This document shows, in pieces, positions 61,901-64,000 of a stretch of 64,000 bases of DNA. The DNA lies in IMG/VR virus record IMGVR_UViG_3300035698_026801; one strand, written 5' to 3'. The first letter of the stretch is position 1, and each line of letters starts with the position of its first letter. This DNA comes from an uncultured virus (IMG/VR IMGVR_UViG_3300035698_026801) (Duplodnaviria > Heunggongvirae > Uroviricota > Caudoviricetes). The notes beneath the pieces were generated by a model, which was given only the letters and a program-made list of their open reading frames with translations, was not told where the DNA came from and did no database searches. Made by a program: the position numbers and the translations under genes.

Positions 61901-63038
61901 AGATACTAGCTATGATGTAGATGTGTGGTGTGATGGATCTACAGCTCAAGATTATACTCGATATAATGCTGTAACAGGAAATTGGAATTCTAAATCTGCA
62001 ACGTATGGAACCTGGCCAAATCCTGGGGGTTATACAGAGTCAACAAATAGAAAACATTCTATGTATTTTACAGTAATCTCAGATAGAGTGGTAGATATTG
62101 AAAAAAATAAAACATATACAACTTATGATAATATTAACGATTCTGTTACAAAAGATTTAACAAATATTAGCGTAACCATAGATATAGATGTTTACGATAA
62201 TTCTGTCTCTTCTGGTATTGCTAATAATGCAGCAGATTTAGAATTAAATTTATACGATGGCTCTGATTGGATTAATTTGGGCGAATTTGATGTTTCAGGA
62301 ACTGGGAATATTTCATTTTCAACACAAAATGCAGCACTATTAACTGCATGGGACACAATAGCGAATAGAGATTTAAGAATAAGAGGCGTGTGGTTTGATT
62401 CTAATTCAACAGATTATGATGAAATAAATTATTCAGGTGTGTGGGTTGAAATTGAACATGAAGAGATAACAGCAATTTGGCAACATACTTGGACAGATAC
62501 AGTAAATTCTGGTGTTTATAATATTACTGATGTTTATGCGCAGGATAATGATGGTGGATTAAATCATACCACATTTTCAGGAAAGATTTTCACTGTTTCG
62601 GGCGGAGAAACAACAACATATTTCAATCTAACTCTTCCAGATGCTTCAGAAACAGAATATGGAAATTCAACACCAACTTCAGAATCAAATGGATCTCAAG
62701 ATACAAAATATGTTAACTGGTCTGTTCAAGCCACAAGTGAAACTCAAAACGAATCATGGGGGTTTTTCCGCTTTGAATGCACTGGAAGCGCCAATTGTCA
62801 ATGGGATATGTTATTAAATTCGTCGTTGCCAGCATCTATGAATATTTATTGTTCTAAAGATAATAGCCCATTTACTAATTTATATAATATAAATTCTACA
62901 AATAACGCCACAATTAATACCTCAATACCTAGTGGAGGCGGAATAGAAGAACTATGGTGCTGGACAAATTACACAAATGCGGTTGTAGCGGATACTGTAC
63001 GATTGAAAATTACTCATTATAGTTCGGAAGGAACGTAA
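58902..63038 (+). CDS. Large surface or adhesin-like protein with a glycine-rich domain
   Basis: N-terminal TM; GGGGGHGG.GG and GGGSGG.I repeats; Ig-like modules; NxS/T sequons. Confidence 0.85.
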   Translation: MDFLNIVTTHKGRIVKLSVGFIFIVVAFSTVFLSTITSSANADEQEVQSMMINNEVYHVEAFQSDKINVSINQSHILFQTKEFNHTIEFIDFYVPSELQTYLAYVTPCDPNNMICQGDYFDPIYDQNSLFHILNDGWNMTEDRLYTKTDYLFNSTEASSTDVSSATEYCYYIAGGDCISTYYPVGSLIKYNDRYYLNIVGTYNTYYPDQTTTVWNEIQAEASSGIPVGFGNTRVNQLLTIDYSSNNIGLKDILDSGIVIDASRRIDVSLDVHTNHLILNWTFIYNEEITGSYQDIYSVPIEKVTFNASVDQKGRNLYQNITYDNLYDAAKSEVLHILYEKDLTFNTVNFNGLVQTNCSVDYNSYTKPHLMTAGINSNYILDDLTNYNELCYNVTFPEDMINVIEMQFITPELSDGPILTIVPYHINSYIIGSGGSLTVSSSVELCGNNDTYSTVHVTSGGILSICEYNGTAGTGYLNLTLGLTGNFTVDVGGLVDATEKGYYLIASKYSRKDGLGPGGGLMSESASHGAGGGGGHGGAGGKGGGGSGYPTAGGDGGPTYGSLSNISTIGNVTVAGDMNIGSEGGSDSGPDRKAGEGGGLIYINARNGIINIQGNMSANGGTGHYGGTGYGGQGGGSGGEIILVGRIMNISTGTFESFGGYGGNGYQTSEGDGGGGGGGKIRFFYITMINASTSLNISGGGTRGLWDAQPGENGVIYYEQSKTLFSGPEIFSVQIEPTIAVSTNNLLANVTCTSYNGDNMSVYYMWYNNKAVNKTGIYNELVNGSNTQIATLLSGNTSVSEEWKIGVICSDGTINSSQTNSSMVKIIAYPKIENIAFNTTILDVNESVLINITVTDKDGNGTVEIVNATFKYPNSTLLNESFVQYVILQDNINSEDFENGMISFIGETFPGVILSTDGLQTLGSSRGYYCNNYMVGTEIKATETGKINATYAYLVASAENTCKMAIYDLSKNLLGSSDATTINIASKFFEFSFSTPVSVVSDTSYDVDVWCDGSTAQDYTRYNAVTGNWNSKSATYGTWPNPGGYTESTNRKHSMYFTVISDRVVDIEKNKTYTTYDNINDSVTKDLTNISVTIDIDVYDNSVSSGIANNAADLELNLYDGSDWINLGEFDVSGTGNISFSTQNAALLTAWDTIANRDLRIRGVWFDSNSTDYDEINYSGVWVEIEHEEITAIWQHTWTDTVNSGVYNITDVYAQDNDGGLNHTTFSGKIFTVSGGETTTYFNLTLPDASETEYGNSTPTSESNGSQDTKYVNWSVQATSETQNESWGFFRFECTGSANCQWDMLLNSSLPASMNIYCSKDNSPFTNLYNINSTNNATINTSIPSGGGIEELWCWTNYTNAVVADTVRLKITHYSSEGT

Positions 63039-63085
63039 CTTATATATATGATTCAAAACAAAATAAGAGTAAGTAAGGTGACTTA

Positions 63086-63631
63086 ATGGAGCCAAACACA
63101 GAAAAACAATCTAAACTAGCAAAAACTGCTTCTAAAAAGCAAGGTAAGAAAAAGTCTGTTGGAAAGATAGTTTTTGTAAGTATTATGGTTCTTTTAATCG
63201 CTGGCGCAACTGGAATGTATTTCTTTCAAGATGAGATTTTTGGAACGGAAGCAGCTACAGAAGTTAAGGTTAATCAAAAAGACACCCCCAAAATTGAATA
63301 TTCAGGTCAAGTCTTATATGACAATCACATTGATACTGAAGACCATTTTGCAGTTTCTTTGAATCTTGCTTCAAGAAGTAGAATTCAAATGATTATGAAT
63401 ATGGAAGAACCAGTATTATTCTTTGTTTATGATCAATTAAAATATGAGGCGTATCTTGATGAAGATTTTTATAATCCAAAAGCAACTTCAGGATGGAGCA
63501 CATATATAAATACATATAACCAAATATTTGATATAAACGAGGGTGAAGGGGGAACTTATTGGATTATAATTGAACCTCAAAATACCAAAATAAAAGGAGA
63601 CATCAAATTAATAAAATACGCAGACTTATGA
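63086..63631 (+). CDS. Membrane-anchored beta-sandwich protein
   Basis: Basic N-terminus, TM, G.YWIII motif. Confidence 0.7.
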   Translation: MEPNTEKQSKLAKTASKKQGKKKSVGKIVFVSIMVLLIAGATGMYFFQDEIFGTEAATEVKVNQKDTPKIEYSGQVLYDNHIDTEDHFAVSLNLASRSRIQMIMNMEEPVLFFVYDQLKYEAYLDEDFYNPKATSGWSTYINTYNQIFDINEGEGGTYWIIIEPQNTKIKGDIKLIKYADL

Positions 63632-63643
63632 GGTTAAAAAAAA

Positions 63644-64000
63644 ATGAAACTAAAAATACCCTTAGCACTTTTCTTAAGTGCAGTATTGTTTGTGGGCGCC
63701 GGAGGTTTTGTAAGTGCAGCAACAGAAACAGTTACTGTTGATCTTTTATTCAACGTTGCTGCAAATGATGCATTTACCGTTACGCTATATCTAGAAAGCG
63801 CAGATAATTCTCCTGGTGCTACGTCTAAAAACATTGAATTTAATAGTACAACAGGGACTGATTTATGGATGAGTCCTTCTGTTGAGGGTGGAACAGGAAC
63901 ACAAGAAAGTTCACATCCGATTATTGAAATCGATAATACAGGCAACACAAATTTACAGATAAATATCAGTATAGACTCTTCTGTTGGTGCATGTTTGGGA
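63644..64000 (+). CDS. Secreted protein (partial; runs off the window)
   Basis: Manual translation MKLKIPLALFLSAVLFVGAGGFVSAATETVTV...; GAGGT SD. Confidence 0.7.
   Translation, partial: MKLKIPLALFLSAVLFVGAGGFVSAATETVTVDLLFNVAANDAFTVTLYLESADNSPGATSKNIEFNSTTGTDLWMSPSVEGGTGTQESSHPIIEIDNTGNTNLQINISIDSSVGACLG

Noticed and set aside
23560..63948. Short minus-strand ORFs in the right arm (e.g. 26356..26778, 61187..61645, 63634..63948)
   Set aside because: Antisense to well-supported plus-strand genes; no motifs or SD
1..64000. Alternative genetic code or stop-codon reassignment
   Set aside because: Long genes are intact in the standard code and TAA, TAG and TGA all end coupled genes

Overview
AT-rich, densely coding 64 kb segment that looks like an archaeal virus or other extrachromosomal element. 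Support: Alba, a TFB-like domain, TATA-box promoters, GGTGA/GGAGG Shine-Dalgarno sites, a primase-helicase followed by iteron-like repeats, four or five DNA methyltransferases, HNH nucleases, a HerA/FtsK-like ATPase and many membrane-anchored surface proteins. No rRNA, tRNA or ribosomal protein genes, integrase or recognisable capsid were seen. Positions 1-22.8 kb are on the minus strand: Cys-rich membrane proteins, then a ~10 kb array of small, translationally coupled paralogues. Positions 22.9-64 kb are mostly on the plus strand: replication, regulation and methylation genes, then structural or surface genes. Four observations stand out. (1) A family of intergenic elements at 39.3-47.1 kb with bulge-helix-bulge (BHB) geometry, covarying stems and variable payloads; these are candidate substrates of the archaeal tRNA splicing endonuclease that would release circular RNAs. 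(2) An array of ~15 MGKIKGW...YMRxHP(R/N)G microproteins with constant ends and hypervariable cores, mixed with a shufflable VKAHxR module and a repeated 21-22 aa micro-ORF. (3) A C5 methyltransferase locus that codes in all three frames, with a nested HNH gene and a possible -1 frameshift at its start. (4) A long structured leader in front of a probable major structural protein. All calls come from motif recognition by eye; no database searches were run.
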